This document shows positions 28,710-37,122 of a DNA stretch of 64,000 bases, one piece after another (position 1 is the first letter of the stretch; each line of letters opens with the position of its first letter). The notes under the pieces were generated by a model. The model saw only the letters and a list, made by a program, of their open reading frames with translations, was not told the DNA's origin and did no database searches. Source of the DNA: Lachnospiraceae bacterium (GTDB lineage Bacteria; Bacillota; Clostridia; Lachnospirales; Lachnospiraceae); NCBI GenBank assembly GCA_017480195.1, contig JAFVBE010000011.1:5580-69579 (forward strand). Direction: 5' to 3'. The translations under genes and the position numbers were made by a program.

Positions 28710-30173
28710 CTAATTTTCCCCCTTTACTCCAGTAAGACTTACATCATTAGCATCACTGTTATCATCCGCCTTAAGCGATACCCTGATAGTAAACAATCTC
28801 TCTTGCAATCTCTGGTCAGCCGAAAGAGGCTCACAGGTTCCTATGAAAGCATCATTAAAACTACTATTGCTTGTATTTTGAGCTTGATATAACTGACTGA
28901 AAACATTATACTTACTTAAATCAAAAGTTGTTGTATCTATATTGGTATATACCTTTACACTCTTAGTATCTCTCTCACTGTTAAGGTGAATATTCACGGC
29001 AGTTGTGGCTGCACCCGTAGTATAGAACTTATACTTTTCTTCCGAACCTGCAGCACCGGACACTAAACCCGATACATGTATCCGCGTATTCATCTGATCA
29101 TTAAAAGGTTTATACAGATATATCTTGGCGTCCTCTACATAACTCTCCACAATCAGATAATCATTTGAAGTATATTCGAAGCCTGCCTCTGTCGAATCCG
29201 CAGTAAAAGGCTGATACTCCATATACACATCCGGACATTTATCGGTGTAAAATCTCTGTGAGTACACATTAAATCTAAGTCTTCTTTCATCCTCAGGAAT
29301 AATAACAAGTACTTCTCCGGAAGTGGGATTCTCATACTGATAAACAACATCAGCACTTACCTGATAATAATGATTTCCTGCATCGACGCCTTCATCAATA
29401 TATATACGCGTTATCTTCCTAATCTTATCAAAATTATAAGCCTGATTTGTATAAGCATCTCCTTGGACATGGTATAATGCCTGATTCCAAGTACTGTATG
29501 CATCAAGTTTCATTCTGTTCATCATAATTGAGAAGAACTCACTATCGGCCTGTGCATCGAAGTTCGTCGCATTACCACCTATTATAGCCACTTTAGAACT
29601 GTCCATGTTCTGCATATTACCAAGGTTAATCTTATTCGGGTCAGCTATGATTGTCGCGCTATCACATACGGCGTCAGTTATAATTCCATTAGCGTCAGTC
29701 TTGATTGTATTGCCTTCATTATTAATCTCAAAACCATCCAAACTAACAGAATTGACAGATAATTTATATCCCTCAGCCAAAAGGCTGGTCGCCAAATCAT
29801 CCATCACAACCGTACGGTTATATACAGTATTCTCATGGCCGAGACTTACAGCTGCCGGACTGTAAATCCATACAGTGTACGATACATCAGCTTTATAATC
29901 ACCTGAGGTATCATATACTGCACAGGTTTTAGTCTGTTTGTTCGGCTCTCCGTATGCCGTCTTAAGCTCATCCATGGAGGATTTCTGAAAATCCTCCATA
30001 AGATATATAGCATTATCATTTGCCAATTGCTGTCTCTTGGTCAATCTACTGGTTCTTAAGGTCTGGCTTATCTGAGTAACTATCGGTACAAGCAATACCG
30101 AAAGTATGGTAATGGCAATTACTATTTCAACTATGGAAAAACCTTTATTGTTTTTTCTTGCCATAATCTTCAT
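28710..30173 (-). CDS. Large minor pilin, PilV/GspI-like (487 aa)
   Basis: NKG|FSIVEIVIAITILSVLLVPI. Confidence 0.83.
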   Translation of the reverse strand: MKIMARKNNKGFSIVEIVIAITILSVLLVPIVTQISQTLRTSRLTKRQQLANDNAIYLMEDFQKSSMDELKTAYGEPNKQTKTCAVYDTSGDYKADVSYTVWIYSPAAVSLGHENTVYNRTVVMDDLATSLLAEGYKLSVNSVSLDGFEINNEGNTIKTDANGIITDAVCDSATIIADPNKINLGNMQNMDSSKVAIIGGNATNFDAQADSEFFSIMMNRMKLDAYSTWNQALYHVQGDAYTNQAYNFDKIRKITRIYIDEGVDAGNHYYQVSADVVYQYENPTSGEVLVIIPEDERRLRFNVYSQRFYTDKCPDVYMEYQPFTADSTEAGFEYTSNDYLIVESYVEDAKIYLYKPFNDQMNTRIHVSGLVSGAAGSEEKYKFYTTGAATTAVNIHLNSERDTKSVKVYTNIDTTTFDLSKYNVFSQLYQAQNTSNSSFNDAFIGTCEPLSADQRLQERLFTIRVSLKADDNSDANDVSLTGVKGEN

Positions 30174-30179
30174 CCTTTC

Positions 30180-31295
30180 CTAATTAACAGTTACTGAACC
30201 GGATCTGCTTCCAATACTGAATCTCGGTGATGACGAATCATCTCCATCAACCTTTATATCGACACTTATGTCAGAATTATTAGTTACATTTAACTTAATT
30301 CCATTAGTATCATCGCTGTCTACTCTATCAGATGATTTAACATATACGCCAAAGACCTTAGCGCCATCAGCGAGTTCAACAGTCAGTTCTTCACCATCCA
30401 CATCTATTGTTCCAACTACTTTTCCATCCTGTTCTTCAACGGTAAGGTCGATTGTTACGACATCATTATCCGAGTAAGACGCATCAGAGCCTGCGGCAGT
30501 TACAACAACTCCAGGTGCAGCATCGTTGTTCGCATTATTAAGAACTATCCTAACATCGTTAATAGCGGAGGATACAGTTGATGCGCCCGATGCTGAAGGA
30601 GCAGCTGCTCCGGCTCCTCCTAAGAAGAGGTTATCTACACCATTGGTAGTATCAGTTGTGATACTGTCTGCCTGTCTGTCTCCACCGGATACACTATATG
30701 CATCAAGAGTTATGTTACCTGAATATATATTTGTATTTGCATCGTATGCGATATTAAGAGATGTTACATTCATCCTATACTTATATGCCATAATATAATC
30801 CACTAAGTCCTTAATGCCCTCATAAGAACCTTCATAAGTAACAGGGAATGATGCTCTGTAACACTCATAAGTAGCTGAGCTTGGTGTTATAACAGTATCT
30901 GTTCCGTCTGAAGCAGTCGCAGCCGCAGCACCGGCACCAAGGGTATAGAACGCTTGCTGCTGTCCTAAGCCCACAGAATTAACTGCCATCTGAAGATTAC
31001 CCTGATCCTTCTCTATGCCTTTCATGAACATAACAGATATCTCCTGATCAAGCGTAGCCGGGAAGTATGATATTTCGTCTTCAAATTTCTCGTTGTACTC
31101 TTCAGTTTTGGCTATATATTCGTCTCTATGAACCTCCATAGCCTTTAATTCGTTATATCTTGCTTCTAATGTTTCAATCTCAGAATCTAATGCAGCTTTG
31201 TCATCCATATTAGGCTTATATACATACATATATACTCCGCCAGCAATAACAATAGCTAATAAAACAAGTATAATAGATATATTATTCTTAGACAT
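30180..31295 (-). CDS. pilO: Type IV pilus alignment protein PilO-like, with C-terminal extension
   Basis: N-terminal TM, coiled coil, VTYEGSYEGIKDLVDYI..RMNVTSLNI; follows pilMN. Confidence 0.8.
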   Translation of the reverse strand: MSKNNISIILVLLAIVIAGGVYMYVYKPNMDDKAALDSEIETLEARYNELKAMEVHRDEYIAKTEEYNEKFEDEISYFPATLDQEISVMFMKGIEKDQGNLQMAVNSVGLGQQQAFYTLGAGAAAATASDGTDTVITPSSATYECYRASFPVTYEGSYEGIKDLVDYIMAYKYRMNVTSLNIAYDANTNIYSGNITLDAYSVSGGDRQADSITTDTTNGVDNLFLGGAGAAAPSASGASTVSSAINDVRIVLNNANNDAAPGVVVTAAGSDASYSDNDVVTIDLTVEEQDGKVVGTIDVDGEELTVELADGAKVFGVYVKSSDRVDSDDTNGIKLNVTNNSDISVDIKVDGDDSSSPRFSIGSRSGSVTVN

Positions 31296-31313
31296 ATCCT
31301 AACCCTCCTTTAT

Positions 31314-32951
31314 CTACTCTTGTTCAGCTTCTACAGCTTCGTCAACAGTTTCCGTAACACCTAAATCCTCAGCAGACCTTGTATCTACATAAACTGCAGT
31401 CGCAGCAAAACTATATATTGTCTCTCCTGTATTCGAATCCTCAGTCTTAGTGACACTGGATACATATGCATCAGATATACAGTCTATAGTCTTAAGCTGT
31501 ACTATAAAGTCTGCTACACCATCCCATGTAGTAGATGTGGCAGGAATATTAACTCCGCTTTCAGAACTACTGAAAGAAGATATAACAACATTTGTAGGAA
31601 TCTTATCTTCTAATTGTGTAATAAATGTTCTTACATTTTCATTTAAGGAATATGTAGAGTTATACATAGCAAGAGCGTCATTGTACCTTGCCTCAGCAGC
31701 ATTCATATTATTAACAATGTCTTCTATATCCTTAATTCTTTCTATGTCCGCCTGCAGCTGGTCACGTTTTGTCTGTGCATCATTCTTCGCCTTTATTGAC
31801 ATAAACGCCATAACAGCCGCTGCTATAACCGCTATAGCAAAAATCGCCGCACAGGCTATAAGAGCCGCATTGCCACTGCTGTCTGATGATGAAGCCTTAG
31901 AAGAGTCAAGCGGAACAAAGTCCATAGGACCAAAGGCTGCTCCGATAGGAGTTACAAGATATACAGGGTTATAAACCTTTAAATCTATGCTTGGATCGAA
32001 CTTGATGTTATACAAGCTGTCCATAATTCTTGTATTTACATTTAACTGAACCTTGAAAAGTCCGTCGATACCTCTTATCAAAGCACCGTCACCTGTCAGG
32101 AATACATCCTCAATAGGTTTATCAGGATTTCTCGAAGCATAGAAATCCATTACACGACCGATATTATTGATAAGATATCTGAAAGCTCCCGTAACCTCAT
32201 TATCATCGAAGTCTACGGTTATGAGTCTGTCATTCTGAAGTAAAGTCATAGCTGTAGTTGCATCTACACCTTTTTCATCCATTACTACATTAACAGCCGG
32301 ATTTGTACCGTGTGGTACAGTTCTTTGTAAGAGAAGGTTGTCACCCTGAACTATATTAAGTACAGTAGACTCACTTCCCAACTGGATTACCATTGTGGTT
32401 GTATTAGCCGAAGTCTGAGTCTTAATAAGCTGTAACATCGCATTACCTATGTAATCAAGTGATACTACATGAAGTCCTGCCAATGCCCCTAAGTCATAAT
32501 ACGACTTAACCATCTGTGAAGGTGCCGCAACAGCCAAAACCCTTAACTGCTTATTATTCTCAGCATCAGTTACTGTCTCAAGTATTGAATGAGAAACCAC
32601 ATAATCCTCTATATTTACAGGGAAATACTCTGATGAGTTCGCATTTATGATTCCTCTGATTTTATTCTCTTTTACATATGGTATAAGTACTTCTCTGTTA
32701 ACTATCTTGGTAGATGATAATACAAAGATTGCATTTTTATTGCTTATACCTCTTGCTGCAAGCTGATCTCTGATAGCTGCCGCTATCTTATCAGCCTCCT
32801 TAATTACACCATCTTCATAAGAATCCTCCGGAGTCTCGAAGATAATAACATTGTGAATGTAGGTCTGCTTCTTAGGTGAAGCAGTTAATTCAACTATTGT
32901 AATACTTTCATTTGTGATATCAATTGATAACACTTTACCGTTTTTTGCCAT
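31314..32951 (-). CDS. pilM: PilM-PilN fusion protein
   Basis: Actin-like PilM part (LSIDIT, VFLTGDGA), then TM, coiled coil and PilN-like domain (LEDKIPTNVVISSF). Confidence 0.87.
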   Translation of the reverse strand: MAKNGKVLSIDITNESITIVELTASPKKQTYIHNVIIFETPEDSYEDGVIKEADKIAAAIRDQLAARGISNKNAIFVLSSTKIVNREVLIPYVKENKIRGIINANSSEYFPVNIEDYVVSHSILETVTDAENNKQLRVLAVAAPSQMVKSYYDLGALAGLHVVSLDYIGNAMLQLIKTQTSANTTTMVIQLGSESTVLNIVQGDNLLLQRTVPHGTNPAVNVVMDEKGVDATTAMTLLQNDRLITVDFDDNEVTGAFRYLINNIGRVMDFYASRNPDKPIEDVFLTGDGALIRGIDGLFKVQLNVNTRIMDSLYNIKFDPSIDLKVYNPVYLVTPIGAAFGPMDFVPLDSSKASSSDSSGNAALIACAAIFAIAVIAAAVMAFMSIKAKNDAQTKRDQLQADIERIKDIEDIVNNMNAAEARYNDALAMYNSTYSLNENVRTFITQLEDKIPTNVVISSFSSSESGVNIPATSTTWDGVADFIVQLKTIDCISDAYVSSVTKTEDSNTGETIYSFAATAVYVDTRSAEDLGVTETVDEAVEAEQE

Positions 32952-32983
32952 TCTCTATAGCCTCCCTCGCTAATCAGTGTTTT

Positions 32984-33772
32984 TTAATGTAAGGACTCAA
33001 AAGCCCACATACTCAGGTACCAGCTCACGAGCTGTTCACCCCATATCATTGCTATATAAATTCCGGCAGACAGATACGGGCCAAATGCCAATACATGATC
33101 TGCCTTCTTAATAGCCATTATCGTAAGATGTATAACAGAAGCAAGAATACATCCTATTAAAAATGCTATAATATTAAGCTTCCAGCCCAATAGTAAGCCA
33201 GTAGTTGCCATGAGTTTCATGTCGCCGCCACCCATACCTCTTCCTTTGGTAAGAAGAATTATAAGGAGTAAAAAACCACTGACAGCAAACAAACCGATTA
33301 CATATTGACTCCAATTACTTAAGTCTGTTAAAAGCCTAATCAGTCCTAATATTAATATAAAGATATTAAACCCCACAGGAATCTCCTGCGTGCGCCAATC
33401 TATGACGCTCAAAGATATTAAGGCAGAAGTACACAGGCAGTAAAGAAATGTCTCGATACTAATTCCATGTACGAGGAAAAGAATTATGTATAATATACCG
33501 TTCAAGCCCTCAACCAAAGGATACTGCCATGATATATGTGCTTTACAGTACCTGCACTTTCCACCTAAAAACAAATAACTAAATAACGGAAACAAGTCAT
33601 ACCACGCAAGTGTATGACCACAACTCATACAATGTGAGCGTTTGAAAGTTATACTTTCCTTGAGTGGTGTCCTTAATATAAGAACATTTAAGAAGCTTCC
33701 TATAACTATTCCATATAGAAAAAAAACTATGGAAAACATAATCTTCTCAAGTATGTCTATGTCAATATTCAT
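32984..33772 (-). CDS. pilD: Prepilin peptidase/N-methyltransferase
   Basis: GSFLNVLI.R, CxxC pairs (HCMSC, KCRYC), VIDW, GMGGGDMKL, AFGPYL. Confidence 0.95.
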   Translation of the reverse strand: MNIDIDILEKIMFSIVFFLYGIVIGSFLNVLILRTPLKESITFKRSHCMSCGHTLAWYDLFPLFSYLFLGGKCRYCKAHISWQYPLVEGLNGILYIILFLVHGISIETFLYCLCTSALISLSVIDWRTQEIPVGFNIFILILGLIRLLTDLSNWSQYVIGLFAVSGFLLLIILLTKGRGMGGGDMKLMATTGLLLGWKLNIIAFLIGCILASVIHLTIMAIKKADHVLAFGPYLSAGIYIAMIWGEQLVSWYLSMWAFESLH

Positions 33773-33825
33773 AACAATGCTTTCCTCTCACTTCTTAATT
33801 GTGTCACATTATATAAGTATTTTTA

Positions 33826-33870
33826 TACAGCTAAATTCCACCTGGCGAATCAGGTGGAATTCAAGCTGTA
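33826..33870 (-). terminator. Strong stem-loop after pilA (terminator or mRNA stabiliser)
   Basis: aattccacctg / caggtggaatt extended by tacagct / agctgta; no U-tail on the minus strand. Confidence 0.65.
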
Positions 33871-33880
33871 AAATCACAAT

Positions 33881-34462
33881 TTACTGATAATACTTTGATA
33901 CTTCAGGAGCAAGCTGATATACAGTTGTACCAGCCTTAACACCTACTACTACATTACCGCCTGCTGTACAGTATACAACGAAGTCAGTAGGTACAGAACC
34001 ATTAGCACCCTTAGGATCCTTCTTGAACTTAATCTTAGGAGTCTTCTCACCGATGTTCTTACCGATTTCAACCTTAGCCTCAGACTCAGCTGTAGCAGTT
34101 ATATCAGTACCGCCATTCTTAACTGAACCCTTAAGGTCAACAGTAATACCAGCACCACCTGCAGTTGTAACACCACCGCCATCAACAGTAAGCATACCAT
34201 TGTATGATGTTGAAGCAGTGTCGCCCTCAAAACCAACTGTATTAGTTGCTCCTGTAGTAAGAAGCTCATAAGTGTTTTCATTAGCCATAGCAGTCTCTAC
34301 AGCAGTCTTAATAGTCTTAGCTGCAGATACATCATTTGATCTTCTTGACTTATCAATATATCTGATAAGCGCAGGAGCTATAGCACCGGCAAGTATAGCC
34401 ATGATAGCTATAACGATGATAAGCTCTACCAACGAGAAACCTTTGTTGTTCATTTTCTTCAT
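33881..34462 (-). CDS. pilA: Major type IV pilin
   Basis: MKKMNNKG|FSLVELIIVIAIMAILAGAIAP; strong AAGGAG RBS; flanking stem-loops. Confidence 0.9.
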   Translation of the reverse strand: MKKMNNKGFSLVELIIVIAIMAILAGAIAPALIRYIDKSRRSNDVSAAKTIKTAVETAMANENTYELLTTGATNTVGFEGDTASTSYNGMLTVDGGGVTTAGGAGITVDLKGSVKNGGTDITATAESEAKVEIGKNIGEKTPKIKFKKDPKGANGSVPTDFVVYCTAGGNVVVGVKAGTTVYQLAPEVSKYYQ

Positions 34463-34547
34463 AAATCATTCTCCTTCTTTCTTTAAATTTTAAATTATAT
34501 ATGATATCATACCGCCGTCCTCGCCCAGCGATTTATATCCGTAAGTT

Positions 34548-35756
34548 TTAGTAATTGTCGATAGCATCATACATACTAAGCATAGGTGAATAGATTGCAA
34601 TTACTATACCACCAACCACTACAGCCATAAGAACTATAACCATAGGCTCCATCATAGCCGTAAGCGCATCTGTAGCAGTTTCTACTTCCATCTCGTAATA
34701 TTCAGCAACCTTATCCATCATGTCTTCGATGTTACCTGTCTCTTCGCCTATCTTAATCATCTGAGGAAGCATAGGCGGAAAAATCTCCATATCCCTTATA
34801 GGTTTAGATAAAGGAAGACCTTTAGCAACCTGAGTCTTAGCATCCAAGAGACCTTCTCTGATAATCTTATTATTCTGCATCTTTGCAACCTGCTCAATAG
34901 CATCAAGAAGAGGTATACCTGAAGCCAAGAGCGTGCTTAAGGTTCTCGCAAAGCTTGCCGCTGCCGACTTAATAGTAAGATTACCAAAAAGCGGTGCCTT
35001 AATCCCAATCTTAGCATATATTGTCGAACCCACTTCGGTCTTACCAAAAGCTCTGAATGCAAATATTATAGCAGCAACTATAAGTATTAATATGTACCAT
35101 CTGGTCTTGATAAACTCACTCAGATTAACCAACATCTGTGTTGCAGCCGGAAGTTCAGACCCCATATCCGCGAACATATCTGCGAATTGTGGGATAACCG
35201 TAGTAAGAAGTACAATTACAACTATAAGTACAACCAACAAAATGATGATAGGGTATGTCATAGCCCCCTTAACCTTAGACTTTAATTTATTAGCATTCTC
35301 AAAATGAGTAGTAAGTCTCTCAAAGGATGTCTCAAGATTACCGGACATCTCACCGGCAGCCGTCATATTAATCATAATAGGTGGAAAAACCTTAGGATTA
35401 AGTTTAAAACCATCCGCAAGTGTACCGCCCTTCTGAACATAAGCCTCAGCTTCCCTCAAAGCCGTCTGCAATGTCTTATTATCCAACTGCTCAGCCATCA
35501 TATCAAGAGCAGCAAGAATTGTAACACCTGCATTAAGAACCGAACCAAACTGCTTACAGAATACAGCTAAATCCTTGTCCTTAACCTTCTTTCCTTTCTT
35601 ACCGGTGCCCTTCGCGCCTTTCTCTACAGGCTTGCCCTGCAGTGTGTACCCCTCAGACTTGACCTTTTCCTTGACCTTGTCTTCGCTAGCAGCCTCTACG
35701 GTAATCGTCTTTGTCTTACCGTTTTTATCCATAACTTTTGCATTATATTGTGCCAT
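34548..35756 (-). CDS. pilC: Type IV pilus platform protein (GspF family)
   Basis: AGEMSGNL, AMTYP, IGEETGNI, MMEP; duplicated GspF domains. Confidence 0.95.
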   Translation of the reverse strand: MAQYNAKVMDKNGKTKTITVEAASEDKVKEKVKSEGYTLQGKPVEKGAKGTGKKGKKVKDKDLAVFCKQFGSVLNAGVTILAALDMMAEQLDNKTLQTALREAEAYVQKGGTLADGFKLNPKVFPPIMINMTAAGEMSGNLETSFERLTTHFENANKLKSKVKGAMTYPIIILLVVLIVVIVLLTTVIPQFADMFADMGSELPAATQMLVNLSEFIKTRWYILILIVAAIIFAFRAFGKTEVGSTIYAKIGIKAPLFGNLTIKSAAASFARTLSTLLASGIPLLDAIEQVAKMQNNKIIREGLLDAKTQVAKGLPLSKPIRDMEIFPPMLPQMIKIGEETGNIEDMMDKVAEYYEMEVETATDALTAMMEPMVIVLMAVVVGGIVIAIYSPMLSMYDAIDNY

Positions 35757-35821
35757 TATTACTCCTCCGAACCCACAAAATTAAAATATGAACAAAATAT
35801 TAACAATATGTATCTGCTTGT

Positions 35822-35850
35822 AGTATATAATATATATGCTAATTTTGCAA
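35822..35850 (-). promoter_or_regulatory. Internal sigma-A promoter for pilC-pilA
   Basis: Minus strand TTGCAA-17 nt-TATACT. Confidence 0.6.
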
Positions 35851-35910
35851 TAATATTGAATAATTTTTTAAAATTTTGTTAATATTGCACAAAAAGTATC
35901 TTGTATTAAT

Positions 35911-36963
35911 CTACATCTGTTTCTTCATCGCCACCTGATCCTGTGCATAAATCAACGCATTATCTCTAGTAATTATGCCGCCTCTGTATAATTCCATAAT
36001 AAAGTCATCCATAGTAACCATTCCGCCCTGTCGGTTAGTCTGTATAGTTGACTGTATCTGATGGGTCTTTGCTTCTCTTATAAGACTTCGTATAGCAGGA
36101 TTAGCAAGCATTACCTCGAAAGCTGCCACTCGGCCATTACCATCAGCAGTAGGTATAAGGGACTGCGATATAACACCTTCAAGAACCATCGAGAGCTGTA
36201 TTCTGGTCTGCTGTTGCTGATGTGGCGGGAATACATCAACGATACGGTCAATAGTCGATGCCGCACCAATTGTATGAAGTGTCGAGAAAACCAAGTGACC
36301 TGTCTCAGCCGCGGTTATTGCTGTAGAGATAGTCTCAAGGTCACGCATCTCTCCTACGAGGATTATATCAGGATCCTCACGGAGTGCAGCTCTAAGCGCG
36401 TTTGCATAACTAAGTGTGTCCATACCGATTTCTCGCTGATTGACTACTGATTTTTTGTGTTTATGCACATACTCGATAGGGTCTTCAAGTGTAATGATGT
36501 GGTCAGTAAGGTTCTCATTTGCTTTATTAATTATTGAAGCAAGTGTAGTCGACTTACCTGAACCTGTAGGCCCCGTAACGAGTACAAGTCCTCTCTTCTT
36601 CTTATATAACTGAACTACCGCATCAGGTATACCGAGCATATCAGGTCTTGGTATCTGAGTATCTACCTTTCTGTATGCAGCAGCCATATTTCCTCTGTCC
36701 ATAAATACATTCACACGAAAACGTCCTGTCTCTGCTGCGGCAAACGAGAAGTCAACCTCTCCTCTCTCCTTCAGTATAGCTTTGTGTCTCTCGTGCATGG
36801 TTGAGCCGATAGCCTCAGCCGCATCCGCAGGTGTAAGAGCCGGAACCTCTACCTCTGTAAGCCTTCCGTTGATACGAAACTTCGGAGGTATTCCAACAGC
36901 CAAATGTACATCGGACGCATTCTGCTCTACAGCGAATGCAAGTAACTCTTTCATATCTAACAT
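35911..36963 (-). CDS. pilT: Pilus retraction ATPase
   Basis: GPTGSGKSTT, ALREDPDIILVGEMRD, AETGHLV, AIRSLIRE (AIRNLIRE motif). Confidence 0.96.
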   Translation of the reverse strand: MLDMKELLAFAVEQNASDVHLAVGIPPKFRINGRLTEVEVPALTPADAAEAIGSTMHERHKAILKERGEVDFSFAAAETGRFRVNVFMDRGNMAAAYRKVDTQIPRPDMLGIPDAVVQLYKKKRGLVLVTGPTGSGKSTTLASIINKANENLTDHIITLEDPIEYVHKHKKSVVNQREIGMDTLSYANALRAALREDPDIILVGEMRDLETISTAITAAETGHLVFSTLHTIGAASTIDRIVDVFPPHQQQQTRIQLSMVLEGVISQSLIPTADGNGRVAAFEVMLANPAIRSLIREAKTHQIQSTIQTNRQGGMVTMDDFIMELYRGGIITRDNALIYAQDQVAMKKQM

Positions 36964-36999
36964 AATATAGTCTCCTTCTTAAATTATATAGTTCTATGT

Positions 37000-37119
37000 T
37001 AAGCAGCGCCAACCTCGCAAGCCTCGATTGCTCGGTTTCCGTTGCACTCTCGAAAGTTAGTATATATGTTGTAAACCGCAAGCGGTTCAACACATATACT
37101 AACTTTCTATCGCTGCTTA
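37000..37119. repeat. Structured intergenic element (REP/MITE-like or cis-RNA) between pilB and pilT
   Basis: Outer stem taagcagcg / cgctgctta enclosing a near-perfect ~26-bp hairpin at 37052-37107. Confidence 0.6.
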
Positions 37120-37122
37120 TCG

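Noticed and set aside
35876-35892. Rex or CodY box near the pilC promoter
   Set aside because: One base short of the 18-bp Rex consensus; the nearby CodY-like match has 3 mismatches in very AT-rich DNA
36815-37093. 92-aa ORF across the pilB-pilT element
   Set aside because: Reads through the palindromic element and overlaps pilT out of frame
34463-37122. c-di-GMP riboswitch upstream of pilA or pilT, as in C. difficile
   Set aside because: No class I or class II consensus features recognised in these gaps; a formal Rfam scan is still needed
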